Assembly: GCA_964016885.1 (NCBI GenBank)
Contig: OZ024743.1
Location: 370,016,001 to 370,080,000, forward strand
Source of the DNA: Eledone cirrhosa
Taxonomy: Eukaryota
DNA length: 64,000 bases
Direction of reading: 5' to 3'
Below the pieces are notes generated by a model that was given only the letters and a program-made list of their open reading frames with translations, was not told the origin of the DNA and did no database searches. The position numbers and the translations under genes were made by a program. The stretch's first letter is position 1; each line of letters starts with the position of its first letter. Below, piece after piece: positions 1-15,001 of this stretch.

Positions 1-2281
1 GGCGTTTGGCCAGGCTCGTAGGTAATGTTTTGTCGTTACATATTGTTTGTGCTTACGGAGCAAAAGAACAAGCGGTGATTACTTTAGCATGGTCTAGCTG
101 CGAGTCCGCTAGCCTGGAAGTGGTGGCGTCCTCAAATCTTTGCGGGCTATTTCTCCCTCAGAACGCGTAGGGATACATCCTCTTCTACTGGCGCTGATTG
201 GCTGAGCTGAGCCAAATCACGCATAGAGAATGTATGTGAGCCCGCGGAATGTAGGTCACTACATCACCTCCGAGCAGATTTTCAGCCGAAAATCGTTAAC
301 GAAGAAACCGAGGACCCACATATAATTGAATCAGCAAGAACAAATGCTGAAAGAGCACATCAATGAAAAAATAATTGAGTAGAAAGATGCATGCAAGAAC
401 AAAAAAAATTAGGCGCGACGGGCCGTGTTGAGCCGCTGTCAAATGACTAGCTGTTTTGTAGTTTATACGTGACGACAAAGGTCTACCAGAAAACAGATAA
501 AGTCTGACATGGGCGAAGTTGCTGTTCTTGCATTAAATGTTAATGGTAAGCGTTGTACCAGTAGCTATTATGGTAGTTTACCAGTGCTGGCGAGAAAATG
601 ATGGCCTCCCAGACGTATTGCCGAATGTGCTATGGAGCCAGGAAAAAATGGCTTGTTGCTTTGATAAGGAAAAAAAAAAAAGCAAGTTGTATCTGTAGGT
701 GAGTTGCAGTTCCATGTAATACAGCAAAGAAAATGTGTGCGTGCGGTCAATATATAATGATAGAGAGAAATGAATTTTCATATAATACAGTTTAAAAAAA
801 ATAAATATCCAAAATAAAGGCCTGAAAAAAAAAGGAAGAAAGAAAGAATTGTTTCTTTTCTTTTAACAAAAAGTTCGCTTCTTTTTTCTTTGTGAACGCT
901 CCTACTAGGGAGCTAGTAGAATTGTTGTTAAAGCAAAGTTACAATGAATCTTCTGTAGAGTCGAATTCGAGCGTTGAAGAAACCAGAGTCACCGATATGG
1001 CAGCCACGTCTGACGCCATAATGGTGAGAAAACTAATGTCTTAATTTCTCGAGTCCTCGTGGTAACGAGACAGAAGGTGTGGTCGTTGCGTCGGTAAAGT
1101 TACAAGCCGTTTCCTGGTGTTGGTTAATATAGCCATGTGTTGCCGCTGATGGCTGTTACTTGGTGGTAGCCGTTTTGAAATCTCCTCGTGGCGTAAAGTT
1201 TTGGAAATACTGCTAATCTTTTTCTCTAAAAAAATTCTAAAGAAAAAAAATTATTTTCCATGATGGCCGATCGAAAAATGTGTCCGTGATGAAGAAGCCG
1301 TCATGTGGCACGATGCAGCCAATCAGATGGCTGGGATCGAAGAAGACAAGCTGAACGCGGGAAAACAAAATGTTTGAGTCTCTATTTGCAATTTCAACAG
1401 AACGTTGAAAGCAAAATTCTATATCCAGAGAAATTCTTTTTTTTTTAATTCTTTTTTTTTTCTGTCTTTATCAAACTATGCTCGCAATAATAATTTTCAA
1501 TCCAAAAGAGAAATTTTTTGTTAGACGTCGAAAAAAAACGCTTTCTTTTGTGTTGTATTTTTTTGTTCGTCTGTATGCGTGAGTCAGCAGAAAGTTATGA
1601 CAGAAATATTGTGCAGGTCGTGTGCTTCAACAAATGGAATATTATGAATTATTTGGACTTAGGCTAAGTGAGTCTAGCAACCCGATTCGAATATTCCATT
1701 TGTTAAGCCACTCCATAATGCCGTTAAAACGAATGGCGAATTCAAATAGGCTGCGTTTTCATTCTTTATCGTCGAAGAGTCACCAATAAAGGAAAAGGAA
1801 TGTTTCTCTTTGTTGAATATAAGTCACCAATCTGGTTGAGGTATATTGTCACCAATTTGGTGAAAGATGTGTTGTCACCAGATTTAGTTGAGAGATATGA
1901 TAGGAATATCAACAACGACTTTAGCTTGGTTTTACATTATTTATTAACAGAGGTTGAGCTGGCATGCCAAGAGAAATGAAATAATTCAATTAAGATTACA
2001 AGAGAAAATACGGGCGACTGGCTGAAGGCGTTTGGCCAGGCTCGTAGGTAATGTTTTGTCGTTACATATTGTTTGTGCTTACGGAGCAAAAGAACAAGCG
2101 GTGATTACTTTAGCATGGTCTAGCTGCGAGTCCTCTAGCCTGGAAGTGGTGGCGTCCTCAAATCTTTGCGGTCTATTTCTCCCTCAGAAAACGTAGGGAT
2201 ACATCCTCTTCTACTGGCGCTGATTGGCTGAGCTGAGCCAAATCACGCACAGAGAATGTATGTGAGCCCGCGGAATGTAGG

Positions 2282-2289
<8 letters not shown>
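1..2289 (-). mobile_element. Non-autonomous LTR retroelement (LTRs ~1883-2289 and <1-263, ~1.6 kb non-coding interior)
   Basis: Near-identical direct repeat 1-263 vs 2027-2289. On the minus strand a PBS-like TGGTGACAAC (1880-1871) follows the first LTR, and purine-rich GGAGGTGA precedes TGTAGT of the second. No gag/pol ORF. Confidence 0.7.
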
Positions 2290-2358
<69 letters not shown>

Positions 2359-2452
2359 TATAATATATATAATATATATAATATATATATATATATTATA
2401 TATATATATATTATATATATATATATTATATATATATATATATATATAATAT

Positions 2453-2497
<45 letters not shown>

Positions 2498-2532
2498 TAT
2501 AATATATATATATATAATATATATATTATATA

Positions 2533-2578
<46 letters not shown>

Positions 2579-2598
2579 TATATATATTTTTTTTTTTT

Positions 2599-3186
2599 AG
2601 TATATGTTGGTTGCATACCAACATCTCACTAAGCAGGCTTGAGCACTCGACGAAGTGCGCAGGTTGGTTTGGTTACTCCGGAGTAATGTAAAATAAAGTT
2701 AAATAAAAAGTCAAATGTTTAAAATTTAGCTTCGTTTATTACTACTATATATATTTCAGTGACAGCCATCTTTGGCTGTGACCACTTCAGACAGTCCGAA
2801 TTAGTGTGGTATAGAAAAGTACATATGTTGTTGAGGTGTATAATTTTGTCAATACTCTGATATGCCCAGTTCCTGGTTGGGTTGTTATTTCACTGAGGAA
2901 CTGGAACTGACCAATGAGAGGAGAAGAGGCCCTTTGACACGGAAATTCGTTTGTTTGAATTCATATGATTCCAGTTCCTCAGTGAAATAACAACCCAACC
3001 AGGAACTGGGCATATCAGAGTATTGACAAAATTATACACCTCAACAACATATGTACTTTTCTATACCACACTAGTTCGGACTGTCTGAAGTGGTCACAGC
3101 CAAAGATGGCTGTCACTGAAATATATATAGCAGTAATAAACGAAGCTAAATTTTAAACATTTGACTTTTTATTTAACTTTATTTTA
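2599..3186. mobile_element. PLE pseudo-LTR fold-back (arms 2689-2906 / 2969-3186) with tail, inserted in (TA)n
   Basis: 218-bp inverted repeat with one hammerhead motif per arm. Second copy at 18322-18910. Confidence 0.75.
3080..3134 (+). ncRNA. Type I hammerhead ribozyme variant (CUGAAGU core); inverted copy 2741-2795 (-)
   Basis: actgt-CTGAAGT-stem II ggt.acagcc/ggctgt.act-GAAA-palindromic tatata-TA|gcagt. Confidence 0.65.
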
Positions 3187-3196
3187 TATATATATA

Positions 3197-3258
<62 letters not shown>

Positions 3259-3473
3259 ATTATATATATATATATATATATAATATATATATATATATAA
3301 TATATATATATATATACATATATATAATATATATATATATAATATATATATATATAATTTATAACCGCTCTCACCCGCGCCCGTGCTGTCCACCGCTCCA
3401 CCACCCTCACCCCACGTATGTGGTATAGAAAAGTACATATGTTGTTGAGGTGTATAATTTTGTCAATACTCTG

Positions 3474-3505
<32 letters not shown>

Positions 3506-3522
3506 GATATATTATATATATA

Positions 3523-3595
<73 letters not shown>

Positions 3596-3635
3596 TATAT
3601 ATATATATGTATATATATTATATATATATATATAT

Positions 3636-3771
<136 letters not shown>

Positions 3772-3837
3772 TATATATAGTATATATATATATTTATATA
3801 TTATATATATATATTATATATATACATATATATATAT

Positions 3838-3871
<34 letters not shown>

Positions 3872-3987
3872 AGATATATTATATATATATATATATTATA
3901 TATATATGTATATATATTATATATATATATATATATATAAATATAATATATATATATATATATATATAATATCCTTATATATATATA

Positions 3988-4058
<71 letters not shown>

Positions 4059-4110
4059 ATATATAATATATATATATATATAAATATAATATATATATAA
4101 TATATATATA

Positions 4111-4156
<46 letters not shown>

Positions 4157-4157
<1 letters not shown>

Positions 4158-4651
4158 CCTTCAAAAGTGCACGCAATCTCCGCACCCTCCTCGTCCACAG
4201 CTCCCTAGCCCCCAACCCACGCTCTGTTCCCCCCGGTTCCTTTCCCTGTTCTAGGCCCCGCTGCAACACCCGTCCCCACATCACCAACACCACCACCTTC
4301 CAGGGTCCCAACGGCTACTCTCTCTCTGTCCGGCATGCCTTCCACTGCACCTCCTCCAACTTAGTCTACCGACTTCGCTGCACGGAGTGCAGCGCGACCT
4401 ATGTCGGACAGACGGGACGTCGCCTGGCGGACCGATTCACTGAGCACCTCCGGGATATTCGTCTCGGTGCTAGTTCCTCCATCGCCCGCCACTTTGGTGG
4501 CCCTGGACATTCCGCACGCCATCTCACAGTCTGTGGCCTACTCCAATGCCACGGAACACCCGCCAATCGCCTTAGAGTCGAACAAAGAACTATCTTCATC
4601 TTACAGACCCACACTTCCCCCGGCCTGAACTCCCCACCCTCATTCCTTTAG
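4157..4651 (+). pseudogene. 5'-truncated Neptune-type PLE ORF: Cys linker + GIY-YIG endonuclease (no start codon, so missed by the ORF track)
   Basis: Manual translation: FPCSRPRCNTRPHI...CTSSNLVYRLRCTECSATYVGQTGRRLADRFTEHLRDIR...ARHF...EQRTIFILQTHTSPGLN*. Confidence 0.85.
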
Positions 4652-6143
4652 CCTTCAACCGCCCCCTTCCCTCCACACTTATCCCCCACTAACACCACTA
4701 ACACACCCCTCCTTTTCACCGCCCACCCACAACTAACAATACTAACACCTCCACTCCACCCCTCATCCGACCACCCTTCCCCAACTAACATACTAACATC
4801 CCTCCGTTCTTCTCCTCCTCCCCCTCCTTATCACACGCACACACCCACCGGCACATATATACACGCGCTCACACTATACACACACCCTACTACCACCAGT
4901 AATCCTCACCCCCACACCTCCATCCCACCACCCCGCAACTAACCTCACTAACACCCCCTGACCCCAAGCACACGAACACACGCACCCACTTACACCACCC
5001 ACCCCACACGCAACTAACATCACTAACACCCCCAACCCCACGCACACGTACCCACACACCCTCGTACACCACCAACTCTACACACCCTACCACCACTAAC
5101 CCCCACTCACACCTGCATTCAACCCTTCCCCACCTCCCGTATACTAACACCCACTAACACCCCTTCATCAAACTACACACACACCAGTACACCACACTCC
5201 CTCCATAGAACTACACACACCCTTCTCTCCCCGCTCCACCCACACCCTCGCTCCACACTCACTCATCCCACTAACACCTCTACTAATACACACACACACA
5301 CACACCCTCCTCACTCAAACTTTCACACCTACCCAACCTCGCCCCTTTACCATTCCACCGACTGCTGCTATGCCCTCTGACCACCTCCCAGCACAAACAG
5401 ACACACAGCACTCCCACTGCTTGACCACTTCCTGTTGCGCACGCACCCCACATCTCTCCTCTTCCGACCATCTCTTCATGGAATAATCGTATGCGGAACT
5501 TGACCACCACAGAATCCACTAAACATCATCGGATTTTACCAACTTTTCAACCATCCTCTTACGGAACCACCTATATAACTCACCCACACACACACCCCAA
5601 ACAAATTTTTTTCTCCACACGCCAACTACACCCACAACACGCTTAAACCCCACACACACGTACTTTCACCACATATTTACACCCTCAGCCTCCTGATTCC
5701 TCTCCCCCCACCCCTCTATCCACACACGCACAGACACTCCGACCTACAACCCCCCCCCCCCCCACACACACACACCTATTCCTGAACATGCAACATGTTC
5801 TTCCCCCAACCCTTACTTTCACATCCACACACACACACACACGTACACCTACACACACACACCACCTTCAGCCCTCCCCGCTCGGACACCCCGTCTCCCT
5901 CTCCCCACTCCACCCGCCACCACCCCTACACACCCCACACCCTTCCACCACCTGTTTTACCCCCCTTTTAATTTCAGTTTATTTTGATCATGCTTTTATA
6001 TTTAATTTTATTTCATTCCTTGTATTTTGATCATGCTTTATTTTTATTTTTATTTTTAATTTCATTCGCACCGTTTCCTTTCGCTATATGTCTCTCCACC
6101 ACTCCCCTACACACCCTTTGAACTCTGTTCCCACACACTTTTC

Positions 6144-6175
6144 ACCTGAGGAAGGGCTTATGCCCGAAACGTCGT
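6144..6175 (+). ncRNA. Minimal PLE-type hammerhead ribozyme
   Basis: ac-CTGAGGA-a-gggc ttat gccc-GAAAC-GTC|gt. Palindromic ACGT stem III (dimer type). Confidence 0.7.
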
Positions 6176-6314
6176 TCCCCACCACCACCCTACTCTCCAG
6201 AGCGTGAAATTAATAAATATTCGTTGTACTGCCTCTCTGTTTTGTTCCTGTTCAAATTTTTCCATTATATATATAATATATAATATTATATATATATATA
6301 TATATAATATATAT

Positions 6315-6420
<106 letters not shown>

Positions 6421-6421
6421 T

Positions 6422-6492
<71 letters not shown>

Positions 6493-6611
6493 TATATATA
6501 TAATATATATATATATATACAAAAATCGGAATTAAGAGTATTCCGTAGTAGTATTCTGTAATAATAATAATAGTATTATTAACTCAAAGAAGAATAGAGA
6601 ATTTCCTTCAG

Positions 6612-6724
6612 AGCTCAAATGTAAGTATATATTACACAAAGAGAAATGTGTTACACAGTGAGAAGTGTGTAAAGAATTATTACAAGTGATTTTACCGTTA
6701 CTGTATAGGGAACAATATCTACAG
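6612..6724 (+). other. Possible host exon (contains an in-frame TGA)
   Basis: tttccttcAG acceptor and cagGTAAGC donor in unique sequence. Reads ELKCKYILHKEKCVTQ*EVCKELLQVILPLLYREQYLQ. Confidence 0.3.
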
Positions 6725-6952
6725 GTAAGCAATTAAATAGAAAAAAAAAACAGATCAGAATCAAATCTCTGGACTGGAATTTTAAATCACAAACCTTATA
6801 ACTATATTTTGCTGATACGAACCTAGTTTTTCGTTTCACCACTTATATGTGTCACCACCTATATGTGTAGAATAACAGTCCAACATGGATCATCAGTCAG
6901 CAAAATGCGAGACTGAATCCTGCACATCTAACCTTCATAGCTAGAGAGATTG

Positions 6953-7154
6953 CTTTTATCGATCGACTTTCGTCAAATCGGACCGAGGGAACAATGTTTC
7001 CGTTGGTCTTTCCAGTTGCTAGTACTATCTATCGGTCGCAACTCCAGGTAGAAGGAGCAACGTGAAATAAAGTGTCTCGCTCCAGGCCATAACGCATCGC
7101 CCGGTCCAGGAATCGAACTCACAACCCCAAGATTGTGAATCAGCCACACGCCTT

Positions 7155-7156
<2 letters not shown>
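6953..7156 (-). mobile_element. tRNA-derived SINE (second copy 20484-20703)
   Basis: B-box GTTCGATTCC followed by the ccttgagcaagacactttattt-type central domain. Confidence 0.75.
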
Positions 7157-7193
<37 letters not shown>

Positions 7194-7247
7194 TATATAA
7201 TATATATAATATATATATATATATAATATATAGTTTTAATATAGATG

Positions 7248-7298
7248 AGATTCTACAGGACTAGAACTGTTTCATTCTTTAGAAATCATCAGAAATCT
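7248..7298 (-). ncRNA. Type I hammerhead ribozyme (inverted copy)
   Basis: Reverse complement of 15568-15618. Confidence 0.8.
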
Positions 7299-7866
7299 GG
7301 GTATCAAAAAATAAATATGGTATTTATAGGTCTCTACAAGTGGTAGGAGAGGGTGGGGAGTTGGATGGGTGTAGGTCATTGGTTGATAGAAAAGGAATTC
7401 ATTAAAAGCTAATTCTACAAAGCTATAGTTTATTTTTATTAATTTTTGTTTTTAGTAACAAAGGCAGACAGAATTCTATAAACAGATTCCGGATGGCATA
7501 CCATTCCTTGTCATTAAGTTTCTCTTAAGCTAACAGATGTCTATAAGATCAGTGGGGGGGTCAGTCATGGTAGATATAATAAAGGAAAGGGAGATTCTTT
7601 AAAAGCTAAATTCATTAAGGTTCTACCAAGTGACAAAGGTTTAGAGAATTCTGTAGACAGATTCAAAATACTGAGTGCATATCTTACAATTATCTTCGAA
7701 CTTCTCTTAAACTAATCAACTATATGCCAAAAATCAACAGACACATTCACAAAAAAACACACTCACTCACACACTCGCGCCCAACCATAAACACACATAC
7801 ACATACACATATACACACATAAAAACACACACACATATATAAATATATTTATATATATATATATAT

Positions 7867-7917
<51 letters not shown>

Positions 7918-8090
7918 TACATATATATACACACACACACACACATATATACACATATATATACACTCACACACATACATACACACAAATATACATGTGT
8001 ATACATACATATACACATACATATATATATATACACATATATATATACACACATATATATATATATACATATACACACACATACACACAA

Positions 8091-8141
<51 letters not shown>

Positions 8142-8325
8142 CACACATATATACACACATATATATATATATATATACAAATATACATATACACATATAT
8201 ATACACATACACACACACACAATATATATACACATATATACATATACACACACACACACATACATACACACATACACACATACATACATACATACATATA
8301 CAAATATATATAGATATATACATAT

Positions 8326-8378
<53 letters not shown>

Positions 8379-8568
8379 CACATATTTACATATACATACA
8401 TATACACACACATATATACACACACACACATATACACATATATACACACAGACACACACACACATACACATGCATATATATAAATATATATATATCTATA
8501 TATATACATATATACAAACATATATACGCATATATACACACATATATACATATATATATATATACACG

Positions 8569-8606
<38 letters not shown>

Positions 8607-8632
8607 TATATATACACACACTCTCTCTCACG

Positions 8633-8714
<82 letters not shown>

Positions 8715-8728
8715 CTGCACACACACAC

Positions 8729-8759
<31 letters not shown>

Positions 8760-9060
8760 TACACACATACACATATATATATATATATATACATACATAC
8801 ACATACACATACATACACATATATACACATATATATATATATATATACACATATATATACATATATACATATATACATATATATACATACATAAATATAC
8901 ACACATAAAACACATATACACACATAGATATATATATATACATACACATACATATACACACATACACACAAATATATACACATACAAATAAATAGGTACT
9001 CAATAAATATACGCATATACGCAGGCACATAAAAACACCTCTACAGGCAGAAAATGTAGA

Positions 9061-10159
9061 GACGGCCTCTTCGCCCTGCATAAGGTTAACCCCAGAACCA
9101 CCGATGGGTTTCGGAAAAACTTAAGCTCTTTCTTCTCTAATCTAGGATTTATTATAACTATAGAATCTAATTTGACTAGGGCCAACTTCTTAGATGTCAC
9201 TCTCGACCTAGATACTTCCCTCTATTACCCGTACCACAAACCTAACGAGTCCCTTTAAATATATTAATGTTAATTCAAACCACCCCCAAAACATCACTGA
9301 TAACCTAGTAAAAAGCGTCTCTATTAGAATATCTGGTCTCTCCGCCAACAAAGATATTTTTAATGCATCTGCCTCCTACTACAATCACGCCCTCGCCCGT
9401 AGCGGATTTAAAGATAAGATAACTTACCTAGAAACCACCGCAAGATTGCAGAGGAGGAATAGACATAGGCAGATTAGATGGTACAACCCTCCCTTCAATA
9501 GAGAGGTATCTACTCCGATAGCTAGGATTTTCTTCACTTTGCTGAAATTACACTTCCCCATACAACATAGGTACCACACCATCTTTAATAAGAACACAAT
9601 AAGACTGTCTTACTCCACCACACCTAACCTAGCTAGGAATATAGCCAACCACAATTCTAAAAAATTAAATAAGCCAACCACCTCCGAACCCAATCCCCGG
9701 ACTGGGGCTCTATGTAATTGCCTAAATAAGGAAGCATGCCCACTTGAAAACAAATCCCTCACAAATGATATCGTATACAAATGCGATGTCATCTCAGGCA
9801 CCGAGGATTGCAAAAAAACTTACATCGGCATGACCTCCAACAACTTTAAGACGCGTTGGTATGCCCATACCCACTCCTTCAGAAGACCGGACAAATCAAA
9901 TCAGACAACACTCGCCTCCTACGTTTGGGACCTCAAAAGGAACTCCACCCCCTTCACGCTTAAATGGAAAATACTCCAGAAAGCGCGCTCTTACAACGGA
10001 GGACACAAGGGCTGCGACCTTTGTATTTCAGAGAGCTACGAAATTTTATTCGCCAAGGGCCCGCTACTGAACAAACTCTCTGAACACTGCCCGAAATGCA
10101 TGCACAAGAACTTTGCAACTTTCAAACACTTTAAGCCAGTGTTAAAGCCCGATGGCTAA
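9061..10159 (+). pseudogene. Hydra-type PLE RT C-terminus + GIY-YIG endonuclease (frameshifted)
   Basis: DGL...NFLDVTLDL...PYHKPN, WYNPPF, CNCLNKEACPL (CxCx5C), IVYKC...YIGMT...FKTRWYAH, CDLC. Confidence 0.9.
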
Positions 10160-10541
10160 AAACGACCTCCCCCTATTGGCCCCTATACCTCCTTCCCACC
10201 CTACCCCCACCCACCCCTCAACCTGAAATACGGCCACTATGGTTATGTGAGTACCTCTTTCCTATCTACATTTTCTGCCTGTAGAGGTGTTTTTATGTGC
10301 CTGCGTATATGCGTATATTTATTGAGTACTTATTTATTTGTATGTGTATATATTTGTGTGTATGTGTGTATATGTATGTGTATGTATATATATATATCTA
10401 TGTGTGTATATGTGTTTTATGTGTGTATATTTATGTATGTATATATATGTATATATGTATATATATGTGTATATATATATATATATATGTGTGTATATAT
10501 GTGTATGTATGTGTATGTGTATGTATGTATATATGTATATG

Positions 10542-10594
<53 letters not shown>

Positions 10595-10655
10595 GTGTGT
10601 GTGTATGTGTGTATGTGTGTGTGTGTGTATATATATATGTGTGTGTGTGCAGGTG

Positions 10656-10718
<63 letters not shown>

Positions 10719-10744
10719 ATATATATATATATATATGTATATAT

Positions 10745-13722
10745 ATCTCTCTCTATATATATAGTATTAGTTATACTATCTATGGTTATGTAAATACAAA
10801 ACCTTATGCAGTTATAAGTATTTTACATACACCCTAAATAGTGGTAGGCAGTAATGTATTACTACCTTATTACCAGTAAGTTAAGTAGCTCAATGTAAAA
10901 ACATCAGATGATTTACAGAGCAGTTATATGAAATATAAGAATCAAAGATCTGGCCTAGACTCAAAAATATATACACCTTTCCATAAGCCTAACGAGAAAC
11001 TTATTTATGTAGATACCAAGTCTAATCACCCTAGATCTATATTAAACTCTATCTCTAAGGGGGTGTCCAATAGAATCTCTAGTCTGTCCTATGACGCAAA
11101 CATATTTAGCCAAAACTCACAATATTACAATCAAGCATTAGCTAGCTCCGGCCATAATATAGAAATTGAGTTCCTACCTAAGAAAACACATAGCTACAAC
11201 ATCATCTCGCACAACATGTCCATGAGGAAACCTAATAATAGGAATAGCAACCACAAGTACACCAAAGCGGAGGGTGCCACCGGAAGTAACCATTACCATG
11301 GAAACTACTGTGGGGCCTTAGGAAGAAGCAACACACCAAACACTAAAAGCAAAAATAGAAGAAGAAATAATACATTTTTCAACCCTCCTTTCAACCTAAA
11401 TGTCTCCACCAACATACCTAGGGCTTTCTTCTCACTACTAGATAAAAACTTCCCTCTAGGACACAAGTACCACAACCTCTTAAACAAAAACACCATTAAA
11501 ATCTCATACTCTACGACGCCTAACTAGCATACCACATAGCTAGCAGCAATAATAGTAAAATTAATTCTTACTTCCAACAAACAAAATCACAACAGGATGC
11601 AAACCCTCTAAATACCTCTGTAGCAAGCAACCATAGCAACGGCAGTAACAATAGAAATAACACTAGTATAAGTAATAACACCAGGGTTGACAACCCGAAC
11701 GCCCAAAATCCTATAGCTACCACACAGACTTCCGCACTGCATTATAACCAGCGGACTAACGCACAGGATAATTGTAACTGTAGAGCTAATAGAACCTGCC
11801 CTTTAGATAAAAAATGCCTAACCAAGGATATCATATACTCATGCACCGTCACGACTAGCAACTCTTCAGAAACCTATGTAGGCTCCACTTCTAACTGCTT
11901 CAAATCAGATATAATTCGCACATCCACTCGTTCAAAAAGCACAGCCTAGCAAACTCCAACTCACTTTCTAGCTACATACACTATCTGAAAACTAAAAATA
12001 AACCATACACACTCAAATGGGAAGTGATAGGCAGCGCGACCTCGTACAAACCACCTAATACATTTTGTAACCTCTGTATACTAGAGACACACAATATTAT
12101 CTTCTCCAACCGTAACCTACTTAACAAAAAATCTGAGGTGTTTGCAACTTGCCAGCACCGCTTCAGACATTCCTTCCAAAACTTTAAGCCCAATATATAG
12201 CAATGTCGGACTGGAACCTAACACCACATCTAGCATCAAACACCAGGGGCACACCTTATACTACATACCCAACACTAACTGATCTAATATAACACAAACA
12301 ACGGCATCCCTCTGGAACCCTTCGCAGGGAGAATACCCATTTATACCTCTACGTCAGGTGTGACAACATCCACCCACTTGAACGGCACTACACCGCTCTA
12401 TGGGTAATTTTGAGCATGAATTGATCGGTTTGATAGTGTTGTGCAGAGGAAACACCTTCCTTAGACAGATAAAAAACGATTTAATCTAGTAACGCTGTTG
12501 AGCAGTAGGACTAGGCTGCTGAGCGCAGTGAGTGAATGCATTGCAACTGGCGTGCGGGTTGTACATATATGGATGATCTGGCGGTCAGAGAGGGGTCGCG
12601 AAGACTGCGGATTGACCTCTGGCCGGCCTGGGGATGATTATCTTTCGACATCCAATGTAGCAAGCGATGACCCAGAACTTACCAGAGATCTTTGGGTCCT
12701 GAAGCAGTCCTGCAATCACCGCGCCTGGTCCTATGAGTAGACTACAACCACAGAGATCATTAATTTAGAATCCTCGCTCATCATCTATAATCCACCATAA
12801 TAATATGAACACCTTCAGCATAACTTAATTAAACTACTCTATAGTTAATACACTTTTTGCTTTAAACATTTTTTTTTTTTTTTTTTTTTGGAGGATGCGC
12901 ATCACCATAGAATTTAGGGTCTACATTGTGACACATTTTAATAGCTAGGTATAGAAACCCCGGAGTTACCTCCCCGCATGCATTAACTCCCCTTAGCCAC
13001 ACACACACTTCCGGGTGCTATTCAATGGCGTTTCTCGAAACGTAACAGCCTCCTGTATTGAACTAAAGAACACCAGACTACGATCTCTAATTGGATTGGC
13101 AAACGCTCAATATCAAATTGTCGTGGATTATGTGAGGGGCATATAATCGAAAAATACACTCCCCTGACCATGAAAATGTCGAAGTACATGAAATACTTGA
13201 CATCCCTTCGCTGTGCATCTCCAATACTTTTAACACTTTTATTGCCTGCACTATTTTTAATGCTTATAACATTTCTCCACACACAGACTATATCAATCAT
13301 ATAAAGAATTTGCCACCAGATCTACCAACCTAACACTCTTGTTTACCTACCTAAGTGCCTCTACCACACATATCTCTCTGCCACACTATATAAACAAGAC
13401 GCACATGCGCGCCACACATAACATTTCCACTATATAACCGCTTATCTTCATGTATTTTAACCTGTATTTTTGATTTTTGATTGTACCTCTTAATATAAAT
13501 GTAATCTCGAAGTGTGTACTGCCACTCTAAATTCTGTAATGAATGTTGACCCACAATGTTTGAATATGTATCGGTATGTCTCTCGGCTGAAAAGGAGGTC
13601 ATATAACTGTCCATGCATTAATAAATTGCTCCGAAGAATCCAAACCTCGGTTTGGAGGAAACAGCTGTAAGCACAATAATGTTTTGAACAGATCTTTGAT
13701 TCTTATATTTCATATATTTCAT

Positions 13723-13730
<8 letters not shown>
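10745..13730 (+). mobile_element. Nested Hydra-type PLE fragment (ORF remnants ~10960-12200) with inverted tail at its 5' end
   Basis: PFHKPNE...SNHP, FFNPPF, CNCRANRTCPL, YVG, CNLC. 10922-10950 is the reverse complement of ~13690-13718. Confidence 0.85.
13627..13673 (+). ncRNA. Hammerhead ribozyme variant (CCGAAGA core)
   Basis: tgct-CCGAAGA-tccaaac ctcg gtttgga-GAAAC-agct-GTA|agca. Palindromic acagctgt stem III. Confidence 0.75.
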
Positions 13731-13760
<30 letters not shown>

Positions 13761-13820
13761 CGTGAGAGAGAGTGTGTGTATATATTTATGTATATGTCTG
13801 TGTATGTATGTGTGTATATG

Positions 13821-13853
<33 letters not shown>

Positions 13854-14005
13854 GCATGTGTATGTGTGTGTGTGTATGTGTGTATATATGTGTATATGTG
13901 TGTGTGTGTATATATGTGTGTGTATATGTATGTATGTATGTATGTATGTGTGTATGTGTGTATGTATGTGTGTGTGTGTATATATATATATGTGTGTGTG
14001 TGCAG

Positions 14006-14078
<73 letters not shown>

Positions 14079-14236
14079 CGTGAGAGAGAGTGTGTGTATA
14101 TATATTTGTGTGTGTGTGTGTGTATGTGTGTATGCGTGTATATATATATATGTATATATGTGTGTATATATGCGTATATATGTTTGTATATATGTGTATA
14201 TTTATGTATATGTCTGTGTATGTATGTGTGTATATG

Positions 14237-14269
<33 letters not shown>

Positions 14270-14372
14270 GCATGTGTATGTGTGTGTGTGTATGTGTGTA
14301 TATATGTGTATATGTGTGTGTGTGTATATATGTGTGTGTATATGTATGTATGTATGTATATGTATATATGTG

Positions 14373-14431
<59 letters not shown>

Positions 14432-14621
14432 ATATGTATATATGTATATATATTTGTATATGTATGTATGTATGTATGTGTGTATGTGTGTATGTATGTG
14501 TGTGTGTGTGTATATATGTATATATGTGTATATATATTGTGTGTGTGTGTATGTGTATATATATGTGTATATGTATATTTGTATATATATATATATATAT
14601 ATATGTGTGTATATATGTGTG

Positions 14622-14667
<46 letters not shown>

Positions 14668-14944
14668 GTGCATTTTCCTTATATATGTGTATATGTGTGT
14701 GTGTATGTATATATATATATGTATGTGTATGTGTGTGTGTGTGTGTGTTTATGTATATGTATATATTTGTTTATGTATATATATATATATGTGTGTATAT
14801 GTATGTATTATATATATATATATGTGTGTGTGTATATATATATATGTATGTGTATATGTATGTATTTGTATACACATGTATATTTGTGTGTATGTATGTA
14901 TGTATGTGTGTGAGTGTATATATATGTGTATATATGTGTGTGTA

Positions 14945-15001
<57 letters not shown>

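Larger units (their letters stand above)
4157..6265 (+). mobile_element. Neptune-type PLE 3' fragment with C/A-rich 3' UTR and hammerhead-bearing pseudo-LTR
   Basis: GIY-YIG frame, 3' hammerhead and AATAAA, with (TA)n on both sides. Confidence 0.8.

Noticed and set aside
12630-12705. ATGA..CTGA hairpin resembling a SECIS or C/D snoRNA
   Set aside because: The C box is imperfect, the SECIS geometry does not fit, and there are no conserved in-frame UGA codons in the ORF
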